Source: Elusimicrobia bacterium RIFOXYA2_FULL_39_19 (GTDB lineage Bacteria; Elusimicrobiota; Endomicrobiia; CG1-02-37-114; XYA2-FULL-39-19). Taken from it: a stretch of 64,000 bases of DNA. Numbering within the stretch: the first letter of the stretch is position 1; each line of letters starts with the position of its first letter. The notes beneath the pieces are model-generated. The model was not told the DNA's origin and did no database searches. It saw only the letters and a list, made by a program, of their open reading frames with translations. The position numbers and the translations under genes are program-made. The DNA is taken from the NCBI GenBank assembly GCA_001800285.1, contig MGVC01000005.1, positions 18,476 to 82,475 on the forward strand. Reading direction: 5' to 3'. Positions 43,994 to 56,736 of this stretch are shown here, in pieces.

Positions 43994-44047
43994 AAAAAAA
44001 GAGAAGCATACCTATTTGTGCATCAAGTACAAATAGGTATGCTTCTC
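43994..44047 (-). terminator. Strong intrinsic terminator after the sigma54 activator gene (structurally bidirectional)
   Basis: Perfect 19 bp stem GAGAAGCATACCTATTTGT / ACAAATAGGTATGCTTCTC (44001-44047) with a 9 nt loop. It is followed on the minus strand by TTTTTTT. Confidence 0.8.
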
Positions 44048-44073
44048 AAAATGTTTTTAAAACTCTAAAACTT

Positions 44074-45465
44074 CTATTTTGCGGATTGTATTCCAAGTAT
44101 CTTCATCTTATATATGAGGGTGTTTCTGTGAATACCCATTAATTTTGCGGCTTTTGTCTGGTTCCAGTTAACTTTTTCCAATATCCCTATGACAAACTTC
44201 TTTTCATACTGGCCGCAGACATAATTTACCAGGGACCTTTTTTCTTCGGGAACTGTTTCTTTATCAAACTCTTCAGGCATAAAAATATCTAATGGAAACC
44301 TGTTGTGTGTTATCACGCTATCTTTGCTTAATGCCACCATTCTTTCCACAATGTTTTTAAGTTCCCGCACATTTCCCGGCCAGTCATAATTTTTCAATAT
44401 GTTCATGGCCTGTTTGGAAATACTTGTGATATTCTTTGAAAACTTTTTATTGAAAAACTTTATGTAATAATCAATCAGAAGAGAAAGGTCTTTCTTCCTT
44501 TCACGTAACGGCGGAAGATTTATAGGAACTACGTTTAAGCGGTAATATAAATCTTCCCTGAACTTTCCATCCTTGATAGCTTTTTTAATATCCATATTTG
44601 TAGCTGAAATAATACGGGCATTTATTTTTAAATCTTTTATACCGCCTACGCGCTGAAATTCGCGGGTTTCAATTACTCTAAGCAGTTTTGACTGCAGGTT
44701 CATGGGCAGGGTGCCTATTTCATCAAGAAAAACAGTACCGTTATCCGCTAGTTCAAACTTCCCAAGTTTCTGGGAAATTGCATCTGTAAATGCGCCTTTT
44801 TCATGTCCGAAAAGCTCGCTTTCAATAAGGTTTTCTGGTATGGACGCGCAATCAACTACCACGAAAGGTCCATTCTTCCTGTTACTGTTATAGTGAAGGG
44901 CTTTTGCCACCAAATCTTTTCCCGTACCACTTTCTCCCAGAACCATTACATTTGAATCTGTTTTACACATTTCAAATACAAGTTCAAAGATTCTTTTCAT
45001 GGGTTCGCTGTTGCCGATTATATTTTCAAACGCAGTCGGTTTTATTTCAGATCTCAGATAAACTACTTCTTTATTGAGCCTTTTTCTTTCAAACGCTCTT
45101 TCTACAGACAAAAGCATTTCGTCGGCATCAAAAGGTTTCATGATATAGTCATAAGCGCCAAGTTTCATGGCTTCAATAGCGGTTTTCACTGTTTTTACGG
45201 CAGTAACTACGATTATTTCTACATCAGAATTAATGGCCCTTATTCTCTTTAAGGTTTCAAGGCCGTCCATACCTTCCATTAAAATATCAAGAATTATCAA
45301 ATCAACATTCTGTTTATTTACTACATCAATAGCGGCCGGGCCGCTGTTTACACCCAAAACATTGTACTTATCCAGCAAAACCTTGAATGTTTCAACAACA
45401 TTTACTTCATCGTCAACTACCATAACAACCAGCGAATCTTTGTCTAACAACTTCTTGTTTTCCAT
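44074..45465 (-). CDS. Sigma54-dependent response regulator (REC, AAA+, Fis-type HTH), NtrC family
   Basis: REC domain (DDEV...DLIILDILMEGMDG), Walker A GESGTGKD, ESELFGHEKGAFTDA (GAFTGA-type loop), and a C-terminal HTH QTKAAKLMGIHRNTLIYKM. Confidence 0.9.
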   Translation of the reverse strand: MENKKLLDKDSLVVMVVDDEVNVVETFKVLLDKYNVLGVNSGPAAIDVVNKQNVDLIILDILMEGMDGLETLKRIRAINSDVEIIVVTAVKTVKTAIEAMKLGAYDYIMKPFDADEMLLSVERAFERKRLNKEVVYLRSEIKPTAFENIIGNSEPMKRIFELVFEMCKTDSNVMVLGESGTGKDLVAKALHYNSNRKNGPFVVVDCASIPENLIESELFGHEKGAFTDAISQKLGKFELADNGTVFLDEIGTLPMNLQSKLLRVIETREFQRVGGIKDLKINARIISATNMDIKKAIKDGKFREDLYYRLNVVPINLPPLRERKKDLSLLIDYYIKFFNKKFSKNITSISKQAMNILKNYDWPGNVRELKNIVERMVALSKDSVITHNRFPLDIFMPEEFDKETVPEEKRSLVNYVCGQYEKKFVIGILEKVNWNQTKAAKLMGIHRNTLIYKMKILGIQSAK

Positions 45466-45604
45466 AATAATCTCCTAGATTTGTACATTAATTTATGCAA
45501 TGATTATACCTTATTTGCCTATGTTTTTCAAGTATTCCAAATTTATCCAACCGCTTCTTTTAATAAATATTTTAAATATTTATTTCATTAAATATATATA
45601 ATAA

Positions 45605-45633
45605 TTGATTTACGCTGTAAAATAATGTATATT
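45605..45633 (+). promoter_or_regulatory. Sigma70-type promoter candidate for glmS
   Basis: TTGATT (45605-45610), 17 nt spacer, TATATT (45628-45633). Confidence 0.35.
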
Positions 45634-45658
45634 AATTGAGAAAGGCGGGAAACTAAGG

Positions 45659-47485
45659 ATGTGCGGAATTGTAGGTTATATAGGAAACAAATTTGTTGAT
45701 TCAGTCCTTGTGGTAGGGCTTGAAAGGCTTGAATACAGGGGCTATGATTCAGCTGGCATCGCCACCATATCTTCCGGTGAACTTTTTGTCTGTAAAAAGA
45801 AAGGCAAATTAAAAGCCTTGAATGACTGCCTTAAAGAAGCCGGCCTTGGCGGAAACATCGGTATAGGCCATACCAGGTGGGCCACTCACGGAGAACCTTC
45901 TGAGATTAACGCTCATCCGCACACTGACTGCAAAAATGAAATAGCCGTAGTTCATAATGGAATTATTGAAAATTACCAGACACTTAAAGAAGACCTCGTT
46001 GCCAGAGGCCATTTTTTTAAATCAGAAACAGACACTGAAGTTATACCGCATCTTATAGAAGAAAATATTTCTGAAGGCCTGGAAACAGCGGTCAGAAAAG
46101 CTGTTGCAAAAATAAAAGGCTCTTTCTCAATCTGTGTAATAAGCGAAAGTGAACCGGATAAAATCATAACCGCCAAATTCGGCAGCCCTTTGGTAATAGG
46201 TCTGGGAAAAAACGAAAATTTTATTGCATCAGATGTTACAGCCATTCTTCCCCATACGAAACAGGTTATTGTTTTAAACGACGGCGAAATAGGTATTGTT
46301 TCAGAAGAAAAAATAACCGTCACAACCCCCTGGGGTGACACCATAAACAAGGAAGTAGAAACCGTTTCCTGGAAAGCTGAAGATATTGAAAAAGGCAATT
46401 ATCAATTTTTCATGCAGAAGGAAATTTTTGAACAACCTAAAATAATTGAAACTGTAATTTCCAAAAAAGTAACTGCCGGAAATATAATAACGCTTGAAGA
46501 AATGAATTTAAGCAATAATTACCTGGCAAAAGTCAAAAGGATAATTATTCAGGCCTGCGGCACTTCCTGGCATGCCGGGCTTATAGGAAAATACTGGCTT
46601 GAAAAATACGCGCATATTCATACTGAAGTTGACGTGTCCAGCGAATACAGATACAGAAACCCCATAGCTGAAGGCGACACTTTAATGCTTGCCATTTCCC
46701 AGTCCGGAGAAACAGCCGACACGCTTGCCGGTATCCGTGAAGGCAAAAGCAAGTTTATAAAAGTTTTATCTATTGTGAACGTTGTGAAAAGCACTATTGC
46801 CCGTGAATCTGACGGCATCATTCCTATCATGGCGGGCCCTGAAATCGGCGTAGCTTCAACAAAAGCTTTTACCGCGCAACTAACTGCTCTTTATCTGTTT
46901 GCCCTTCAACTGGGCAAACTTAACTACACTATAAGCGACACTGAAGCAAAAAACAAACTTGAAGGCTTAATAGAAATCCCCAAAATAATGAATGCTGTTT
47001 TAAAAAGACAGGATGAAATCATAAAACTTTCTGAAAAATATTATCAGAAAAAGAATTTTATTTTTCTCGGCAGGGGCATTAATTATCCCAATGCACTCGA
47101 AGGTGCACTTAAGCTAAAAGAAATTTCCTACATCCATTCTACGGGTTACCCGGCCGGTGAGTTTAAGCATGGTCCTATTGCGCTAATTTGTGAAGATACA
47201 CCGGTAATATGTCTGGCACCTAAGGATGAATTGTATATCAAAATGATAAGTAATATAGAAGAAGTAAAAGCAAGAAAAGGAAAAATTATTTCCATCGCCA
47301 CTCAAGGAGACACAAGAATTCAGAGCCTTTCGGAAGATGTTTTTTTTATTCCTGAATGCCATGAAGATATATCGCCTATTGTAACCGTTTTACCGCTTCA
47401 GCTGTTGGCTTACCATATAGCTGTAAAGCTGGGCTTTGATGTTGATAAACCAAGGAATTTAGCAAAAAGCGTTACCGTAGAGTAA
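45659..47485 (+). CDS. glmS: Glutamine--fructose-6-phosphate aminotransferase
   Basis: MCGIVGYIG N-terminal nucleophile, two SIS domains, and a C-terminal ...KPRNLAKSVTVE. Confidence 0.95.
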   Translation: MCGIVGYIGNKFVDSVLVVGLERLEYRGYDSAGIATISSGELFVCKKKGKLKALNDCLKEAGLGGNIGIGHTRWATHGEPSEINAHPHTDCKNEIAVVHNGIIENYQTLKEDLVARGHFFKSETDTEVIPHLIEENISEGLETAVRKAVAKIKGSFSICVISESEPDKIITAKFGSPLVIGLGKNENFIASDVTAILPHTKQVIVLNDGEIGIVSEEKITVTTPWGDTINKEVETVSWKAEDIEKGNYQFFMQKEIFEQPKIIETVISKKVTAGNIITLEEMNLSNNYLAKVKRIIIQACGTSWHAGLIGKYWLEKYAHIHTEVDVSSEYRYRNPIAEGDTLMLAISQSGETADTLAGIREGKSKFIKVLSIVNVVKSTIARESDGIIPIMAGPEIGVASTKAFTAQLTALYLFALQLGKLNYTISDTEAKNKLEGLIEIPKIMNAVLKRQDEIIKLSEKYYQKKNFIFLGRGINYPNALEGALKLKEISYIHSTGYPAGEFKHGPIALICEDTPVICLAPKDELYIKMISNIEEVKARKGKIISIATQGDTRIQSLSEDVFFIPECHEDISPIVTVLPLQLLAYHIAVKLGFDVDKPRNLAKSVTVE

Positions 47486-47509
47486 CTAAAAGGAAAGGAG
47501 GTGTTTGAT

Positions 47510-47761
47510 ATGGTAGAAAAAAGACGTGAAATGACACAGGATGTAATGCTTGAAATCAACAAGGAAGAAACCGGCAAAAGCATGTACATACTCAGAGTTG
47601 TCAGCTGGAACAAGCAGAAACCCAAGCTTGAAAAAAGAGCTTTCTGGAAAAAATCCGATGAAGAAGAAATGAAAATGAGCAAAATAATCGGATTAAGCGC
47701 AAATGACATCAGAATAATCACAGAAAGGAAAGACGAAATTTTAAAAGCTCTGGAAAAATAA
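47510..47761 (+). CDS. YdbC-like (PC4-fold) small nucleic-acid-binding protein
   Basis: LRVVSWNKQKPKLEKRAFW....M.K.IGLSANDI resembles the L. lactis YdbC pattern as I recall it (LNRVSWNDAEPKYDIRTW...MGKGITLSEEE). The ATG at 47510 has a GGAGG RBS. The listed ORF starts 9 nt earlier at a GTG. Confidence 0.5.
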   Translation: MVEKRREMTQDVMLEINKEETGKSMYILRVVSWNKQKPKLEKRAFWKKSDEEEMKMSKIIGLSANDIRIITERKDEILKALEK

Positions 47762-47768
47762 AACTACT

Positions 47769-48455
47769 ATGGGCAGGCGCATACTTGTTATTGACGACGA
47801 ACAGTCGGTAGTTGAATCTGTAAGAATGATCCTTCAAGATGAGGATTGTATAACATACGGAGCCCAAACCGGAAAGAAAGGGCTGAGTAAATCAAAAGAA
47901 TTGCATCCGGACCTGATAATTCTTGACCTGAATCTTCCTGACATTGACGGCATTAAAATATGCGAGCATTTAAGAAAAAGTAACAAAACTTTTTCTATAC
48001 CTATTATAATGCTTACAGCCAGAGACAATACAAAAGACATTAAAAAAGGGCTTGAAACAGGCGCCGACGATTACATCACAAAACCTTTTGATGTAGATGA
48101 GTTTTCAGCCAGAGTAAAAGCATTATTCAGAAGGATTGAATACATTCACACCCCCTCAGATATACTTACCTGTGACGATATAGTCATCAACATTCCAAAT
48201 TTCAGCGTTACCTTAAAAGGCAAAGAAATTTCCCTCACACAAAAAGAATTTAAACTACTTTGTGTTTTAATAAAAAACAAAAACAAACTGCTTTCTCAGC
48301 AATTTCTTTACCAGGAAGTCTGGGGATTTAAAGAACAACCTTACGGTTCGTTTACATTACAGGCTCACATTTCAAATTTACGCGAAAAAATGGGTCCATC
48401 TATCGCTTCAAGAATAACTGTAATTGAAGGCAAGGGCTACAAACTCAAAAGTTAA
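47769..48455 (+). CDS. OmpR/PhoB-family response regulator
   Basis: REC domain (ILVIDDE...DLIILDLNLPDIDG...KPF) plus a winged-helix C-terminal domain (LTQKEFKLL...). Confidence 0.9.
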   Translation: MGRRILVIDDEQSVVESVRMILQDEDCITYGAQTGKKGLSKSKELHPDLIILDLNLPDIDGIKICEHLRKSNKTFSIPIIMLTARDNTKDIKKGLETGADDYITKPFDVDEFSARVKALFRRIEYIHTPSDILTCDDIVINIPNFSVTLKGKEISLTQKEFKLLCVLIKNKNKLLSQQFLYQEVWGFKEQPYGSFTLQAHISNLREKMGPSIASRITVIEGKGYKLKS

Positions 48456-48603
48456 CCGGGTTCGTTTTTGCTGTACTTATGGTTTCTCCCTCTCTTATAC
48501 TTGATTTAAAAAAAATAAAATGCTAAATTCCTTAAGGTAATTTTAGCAACGCATACGCTAAAATCAAATCTAATCAAACTTCAGACAATTTCCGGGTATC
48601 ATA

Positions 48604-49698
48604 ATGAAAGCTTTAAACAACTACGCCATACTTGCGCTTGAAGACGGCACTGTGTTTGAAGGCAGAGCTTTCGGCGCACAAGGTGAAAAAACGGGCGAAG
48701 TCGTTTTTAACACCAGCATGACAGGCTATCAGGAAATTCTTACAGACCCCTCCTACAAAGGCCAGATAGTCACCATGACTTATCCTCTCATTGGCAACTA
48801 CGGTATAAACGATGAAGATTTTGAATCAACTAAACCCTGGGTTGAAGGTTTTGTAGTAAAAGAATACTCAAAAATTGTCAGCAACTGGCGCTCTACATCC
48901 AGCCTGGGCGACTTCCTGAAAAAATATAACATTTTAGGCATTGAAGGCATAGACACCCGCGCCCTTACCAGACACATCCGGGAAAAAGGGTCTATGAAAG
49001 GTATTATTTCTACAAAAAAACAGGACATTAAAAAAATAATTCAAAAAGCCAAAAACGCACCCGGACTGGAAAACAAAGACCTGGCAAAAGAAGTGTCCTG
49101 CCATAAAGCTTACGAATGGAATAAAAAAGGAAAACATAAAGTTGTTGTAATTGATTGCGGAGTAAAATATAACATATTAAACGAATTAGCCAAAAATAAC
49201 TGCCACGTTGTAGTAGTTCCTTCCAAAACCACAGCCAAACAAATACTTGAATATAAACCTGACGGCCTTATGCTTTCAAACGGCCCCGGGGACCCGGCCG
49301 GTGTACAAACTGTAGTTGAAACTGTAAGAACCTTGCTTGATAAAATGCCCATTTTCGGTATTTGTTTAGGCCACCAAATGCTGGGGCTGGCGCTTGGCGG
49401 CAAAACTTTCAAGCTAAAATTCGGCCATCATGGCGGTAATCATCCAGTGAAAGATTTAAAAACAAATAAAGTTGATATTACTGTTCAAAACCATAACTTC
49501 TGCGTTGATATTGAAACCCTTAATAAACAGGATATTGAAATTACTCATATGAACTTAAATGACCGCACCCTGGAAGGCATGAGGCATAAAAAACTTCCTG
49601 TTTTCAGCGTTCAGTTTCACCCGGAATCTTCACCCGGCCCGCATGATTCAAGTTATTTATTTGAAAACTTTGTAAAACTTATTGAAACCAAAACATAA
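48604..49698 (+). CDS. carA: Carbamoyl-phosphate synthase small (glutaminase) subunit
   Basis: LEDGTVFEGRAFGA start, the class I amidotransferase motif GICLGHQ, and HPE. Confidence 0.95.
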   Translation: MKALNNYAILALEDGTVFEGRAFGAQGEKTGEVVFNTSMTGYQEILTDPSYKGQIVTMTYPLIGNYGINDEDFESTKPWVEGFVVKEYSKIVSNWRSTSSLGDFLKKYNILGIEGIDTRALTRHIREKGSMKGIISTKKQDIKKIIQKAKNAPGLENKDLAKEVSCHKAYEWNKKGKHKVVVIDCGVKYNILNELAKNNCHVVVVPSKTTAKQILEYKPDGLMLSNGPGDPAGVQTVVETVRTLLDKMPIFGICLGHQMLGLALGGKTFKLKFGHHGGNHPVKDLKTNKVDITVQNHNFCVDIETLNKQDIEITHMNLNDRTLEGMRHKKLPVFSVQFHPESSPGPHDSSYLFENFVKLIETKT

Positions 49699-49707
49699 AA
49701 GGAAATT

Positions 49708-51357
49708 ATGCCTAAAAGAAACGATATAGAAAAAATTTTAATCATAGGTTCGGGCCCTATTGTTATCGGCCAGGCCTGCGAATTTGATTACTCCGGCACC
49801 CAGGCCTGCAAAGCACTGCGCGCCGAAGGATATAAAATCATACTGGTAAACAGCAACCCCGCCACCATTATGACAGACCCGGAAATAGCTGACAGAACCT
49901 ATGTGGAACCCGTCACTTCAGACGTTGTTGCCAAAATTATAGAAAAAGAACGCCCTGACGCGCTTCTTCCCACCCTTGGAGGCCAGACCGCACTTAACGT
50001 AACTGTAGAACTGCATGAAAAAGGTGTGCTTGATAAATATAAGGTAGAACTTATCGGAGCAAAAATCCACGCCATTAAAAAAGCCGAAGACCGCGAACTT
50101 TTTAAAGCGGCTATGGAAAAAATAGGCCTTGAACTACCTAAAAGCGGCCATGCCTATAATATGAAGGAAGCCACGGAGATTGCAAAAGAAATTGGCTTTC
50201 CTATTATTATCAGGCCCAGCTTTACACTTGGCGGCACCGGCAGCGGCATAGCCTATAACCTTGAAGAATTCAACGAAATGGCGCCCCGCGCCATTGAAAG
50301 CAGCATGATTAGCGAAATTCTGGTAGAAGAATCTGTTATCGGCTGGAAAGAATTTGAACTGGAAGTAATGCGTGACATTAAAGATAACGTAGTTATAATC
50401 TGTTCCATAGAAAATCTGGACCCTATGGGCGTGCATACCGGTGACAGCATTACCGTTGCCCCGGCCCAGACCTTAAGCGACAAAGAATATCAGCTAATGC
50501 GTGATGCCGCTCTTAAAATTATCCGTGAAATCGGCGTAGAAACCGGCGGTTCAAATATTCAGTTTGCAGTAAACCCTGATAACGGCAAAATAGTAATCAT
50601 AGAAATGAACCCGCGCGTTTCCAGAAGCTCTGCACTAGCTTCCAAAGCCACGGGTTTTCCCATAGCAAAAATAGCCGCCAAACTTGCTGTAGGTTATACA
50701 CTTGATGAAATATCAAATGATATCACCAAAGAAACACCGGCCTGTTTTGAACCCAGCATAGATTACTGTGTAGTAAAAATTCCCAGGTTTACTTTTGAAA
50801 AATTTCCTGCCGCAGATAAAACCCTTACAACTTCCATGAAATCCGTAGGCGAAGTTATGGCTATCGGCAGAACCTTTAAAGAAGCCTTACAAAAAGGGTT
50901 AAGAGCGCTTGAAACAGGCAAAAGAGGCCTGGATGATATTAACGGAAAAAATAACGGGCTGTCTCTTGAAGCCTTAAAAGAAAAATTAAGAATTCCCACC
51001 CCGGACCGCATTTTTTATTTAAAATACGCCATGCAGAAAAACATGAACCTTGATGAAATATTTGACCTGACCAAAATAGACCGCTGGTTCCTTTATAATA
51101 TAAAGCAGATCCTGGAACTTGAAAATAAAATCAAAAAAAACAAAAAAATCAGCCCCGAACTTTTAAGAAATGCTAAAGAATACGGCTTTTCTGACAGACA
51201 GCTTGCGCACCTTTTGTCAAAAACAGAACTGGAAATTTACTCACTGCGTAAAAAACATAATATTATCCCCACATACAAAGTGGTGGATACCTGCGGCGCC
51301 GAATTTGAAGCTTATACGCCGTATTATTACTCCACATACGAATCCGAGGACGAATAG
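49708..51357 (+). CDS. carB: Carbamoyl-phosphate synthase large subunit, N-terminal half only (split carB)
   Basis: [24 protein letters not shown] start with one ATP-grasp unit and the oligomerisation region. It ends at ..[24 protein letters not shown]. As I recall E. coli CarB (~aa 550), this is the junction before the second ATP-grasp half. Confidence 0.9.
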   Translation: MPKRNDIEKILIIGSGPIVIGQACEFDYSGTQACKALRAEGYKIILVNSNPATIMTDPEIADRTYVEPVTSDVVAKIIEKERPDALLPTLGGQTALNVTVELHEKGVLDKYKVELIGAKIHAIKKAEDRELFKAAMEKIGLELPKSGHAYNMKEATEIAKEIGFPIIIRPSFTLGGTGSGIAYNLEEFNEMAPRAIESSMISEILVEESVIGWKEFELEVMRDIKDNVVIICSIENLDPMGVHTGDSITVAPAQTLSDKEYQLMRDAALKIIREIGVETGGSNIQFAVNPDNGKIVIIEMNPRVSRSSALASKATGFPIAKIAAKLAVGYTLDEISNDITKETPACFEPSIDYCVVKIPRFTFEKFPAADKTLTTSMKSVGEVMAIGRTFKEALQKGLRALETGKRGLDDINGKNNGLSLEALKEKLRIPTPDRIFYLKYAMQKNMNLDEIFDLTKIDRWFLYNIKQILELENKIKKNKKISPELLRNAKEYGFSDRQLAHLLSKTELEIYSLRKKHNIIPTYKVVDTCGAEFEAYTPYYYSTYESEDE

Positions 51358-51372
51358 TCCTCAAAATCCCGC

Positions 51373-51411
51373 CTGACTGTCCGCAGGGCGGACAAGGCGG
51401 ACAGCTGTCAG
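51373..51411 (+). repeat. GC-rich palindromic element after carB
   Basis: CTGACTGTCCGC-AGG-GCGGACAAGGCGGACAGCTGTCAG. GTCCGC can pair with either of two GCGGAC copies, and the outer arms CTGAC..GTCAG also pair. There is no U tract. Confidence 0.5.
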
Positions 51412-51481
51412 TAAATAATCACCCTTTCGTTTAAGTAATTATTAAGTGCAAAACCTAAGCCAATTTCTTTGAGGTTTTAAT

Positions 51482-54477
<2,996 letters not shown>

Positions 54478-54503
54478 TCCCGGTAATTTTCTAAACAAAA
54501 AAA

Positions 54504-54595
54504 GTGATTAGGTGATTACGTGTTTGGTTAAATGTTTAAATTTATTTCATCCTTCACTAACCACCTAATAACTAATCACATAACCACTTAATCAC
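54504..54595 (+). repeat. Intergenic palindromic element E1 (pyrG-livK spacer), built of 7-8 nt tandem units
   Basis: 5' arm GTGATTAG GTGATTAC GTGTTTGG TTA. 3' arm CACTAAC CACCTAAT AACTAAT CACATAAC CACTTAAT CAC, which contains no G. The arms pair with G:U wobbles in + strand RNA. Confidence 0.7.
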
Positions 54596-54627
54596 CGCTA
54601 TGTATAAATCATTTGTAGGAGACACCG

Positions 54628-55740
54628 ATGTATAAATTAATCTCAGTTTTGTTTTTAGGCTTAATACTTATCGCAGGCTGTGCCAAACAGGATAAAAATG
54701 TAATTAAAGTTGCCCTTGCAGGGCCCTTAACCGGAGATATTGCCGCTATGGGGCAGGGCATGAAAAAAGCCATAGAGATTGCCGTAGAAGAAGCAAACCA
54801 GTCAGGCGTTTTGAAAGATAAAAAATTTCAGGCAGTTATTTTTGATGACCGCGCAGACCCCAAAGAAGCGGTAAGCGTAGCAAACCAGATAGTTTCAGAC
54901 CCGCAGATTTACGGCATTGTAGGCCACTTAAACAGCGGCTGTTCCATACCTGCCAGCCAGATTTATGCAAAATACAATCTTGTTATCATCACACCCGCTT
55001 CCACAAACCCCAAACTTACACAACAGGGACTAAAAAATGTTTTCAGAGTCTGCACCACGGATGATGTGCAGGGAAGCGCCGCCGCCAATTATGTTATTGA
55101 TAAATTAAAAATAAAAAATGTTTCCATAATACACGACAAAACCCCTTACGGCCAGGGCATAGCAGAAAACTTTAAAGCAACCTTTGAAAACCGCAAAGAC
55201 AAAGTGTTAAGTTATGACGGCATAAATACGGGAGATAAAGATTTCAAAGCCCTGCTTACAAAAATAAAAACCTTTAAACCCCAGCTGATTTATTTCGGCG
55301 GTGTTTACAGCGAATATGGCCTGCTTTCCAAGCAGGCAAAAGAACTGGGGCTTAACGCCGTATTTTTCAGCGATGACGGATCTTCATCACCGGAATATAT
55401 TAAAATTGCCGGCAGTGCTTCAGAAGGCAACTATGTTTCCATGATAGGCATTCCTCCGGCTAAACTGAAAAAAGCAAAGGCATTTTTAGATACCTTTGCT
55501 TCCAAATACCCGGGCACTGACTTACAGCCGTATGACACCTACACCTATGAAACCTCAAAAATACTTATTGACGCTATTGTAAAAACAAACATGGACAAAT
55601 CAAAAATTGCCGATTATCTTGCAACGGTTAAATTTGACGGAATTCTAGGCATAACTTCTTTTGATGCAAACGGCGATACGCTGAACAAATCTATCAGTAT
55701 TTACAAAGCAAAAAACGGCAAGTTTGAATACTGCGAATAA
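54628..55740 (+). CDS. livK: Branched-chain amino acid ABC transporter substrate-binding lipoprotein
   Basis: Lipobox LIAGC and a type I periplasmic binding fold pattern (ALAGPLTGD..., HLNSG). Confidence 0.85.
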   Translation: MYKLISVLFLGLILIAGCAKQDKNVIKVALAGPLTGDIAAMGQGMKKAIEIAVEEANQSGVLKDKKFQAVIFDDRADPKEAVSVANQIVSDPQIYGIVGHLNSGCSIPASQIYAKYNLVIITPASTNPKLTQQGLKNVFRVCTTDDVQGSAAANYVIDKLKIKNVSIIHDKTPYGQGIAENFKATFENRKDKVLSYDGINTGDKDFKALLTKIKTFKPQLIYFGGVYSEYGLLSKQAKELGLNAVFFSDDGSSSPEYIKIAGSASEGNYVSMIGIPPAKLKKAKAFLDTFASKYPGTDLQPYDTYTYETSKILIDAIVKTNMDKSKIADYLATVKFDGILGITSFDANGDTLNKSISIYKAKNGKFEYCE

Positions 55741-55781
55741 ATTTCCCGATTACATCGAAAATAATCAGACAATAAATTTGT

Positions 55782-55819
55782 TTGATAATTGATAAATGCT
55801 TTTTCTTATCAACTTATCA
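55782..55819 (+). repeat. Intergenic palindromic element E2 (livK-livH spacer)
   Basis: TTGATAA TTGATAA ... CTTATCAA CTTATCA: tandem 7-8 nt units forming a hairpin. Confidence 0.55.
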
Positions 55820-55845
55820 TCATCCCAACATATCAACCGTCTCTC

Positions 55846-56736
55846 ATGTTCATCCAGCAACTAATTAACGGACTTACACTCGGCAGCATTTATGCACTGA
55901 TTGCTCTCGGCTACACCATGGTTTACGGCGTTTTATTAATGATAAATTTTGCTCACAGCGAAATTTTTATGATAGGCGCCTACATCGGCCTTTGGGCTTT
56001 AACCGCCATTCCTGCCTTTGCCTCCTTTACTATTACCGGTTTCATAATAACTTTTCTGGTTGTACTGCTTTTTTCAGGCCTGCTGGCTGTTTCGGTAGAA
56101 AAATTAGCATACAAACCGCTCCGCCAGGCCCCGCGCCTTTCCCCCTTAATAAGCGCTATAGGCGTTTCCATAGTTTTACAGAACCTCATTATGCTTTTTG
56201 TCAGCAACCAGTCAATGCCTCTTCCGGAATTTAAAACCACCCGTTATCAGATATTCAGTGCTGAAGTAGATACCCTGCAGATATTTATTTTTTGTTTTTC
56301 TATTGCACTTATGCTTCTGCTGAACCTTTTTATCAGTAAAACAAAGTTCGGCAAAGCTATGCGCGCCACAGCACACAGCCACAGCGTTTCCCAGCTGATG
56401 GGTATAAATTCAAGCTCTATGATAGCTATGGTATTTTTTATCGGCGGCGCTTTAGGCGGCATTGCCGGCATGTTAAACGGCATGTACTACGGAAGTATAA
56501 AATATAATATGGGTTTTTTCCCTGGTATAAAAGCATTTACCGCGGCGGTGCTGGGAGGTATAGGAAATGTTAAAGGCGCTATGCTGGGTGGTTTTCTGTT
56601 AGGCCTGATTGAAACCTTTTCCGCCGGCTACATATCATCCCAGAACAAAGATGTAATCACTTTCTGCGTACTTATACTCATGCTTGTCTTTAAACCTACC
56701 GGAATTTTAGGTGAAAATGTAACTGAAAAAGTATGA
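55846..56736 (+). CDS. livH: Branched-chain amino acid ABC transporter permease
   Basis: MFIQQLINGLTLGSIYALIALGYTMVYG is a typical LivH start. The listed ORF begins 57 nt earlier, at a TTG inside repeat E2. Confidence 0.9.
   Translation: MFIQQLINGLTLGSIYALIALGYTMVYGVLLMINFAHSEIFMIGAYIGLWALTAIPAFASFTITGFIITFLVVLLFSGLLAVSVEKLAYKPLRQAPRLSPLISAIGVSIVLQNLIMLFVSNQSMPLPEFKTTRYQIFSAEVDTLQIFIFCFSIALMLLLNLFISKTKFGKAMRATAHSHSVSQLMGINSSSMIAMVFFIGGALGGIAGMLNGMYYGSIKYNMGFFPGIKAFTAAVLGGIGNVKGAMLGGFLLGLIETFSAGYISSQNKDVITFCVLILMLVFKPTGILGENVTEKV

Noticed and set aside
45479-45658. Possible glmS ribozyme upstream of glmS
   Set aside because: The region is extremely AT-rich and shows no pseudoknotted GC-rich core. 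Only a promoter-like TTGATT-17-TATATT was seen.
48520-48570. Inverted repeat ATTTTAGC-N9-GCTAAAAT in the carA leader, considered as a PyrR or ArgR site
   Set aside because: It does not resemble the PyrR binding loop or the ARG box as I remember them, and it is too short to call.
55789-55845. 19-codon N-terminal extension of livH starting at a TTG
   Set aside because: The extension lies inside palindromic element E2. The ATG at 55846 gives the canonical LivH N-terminus.
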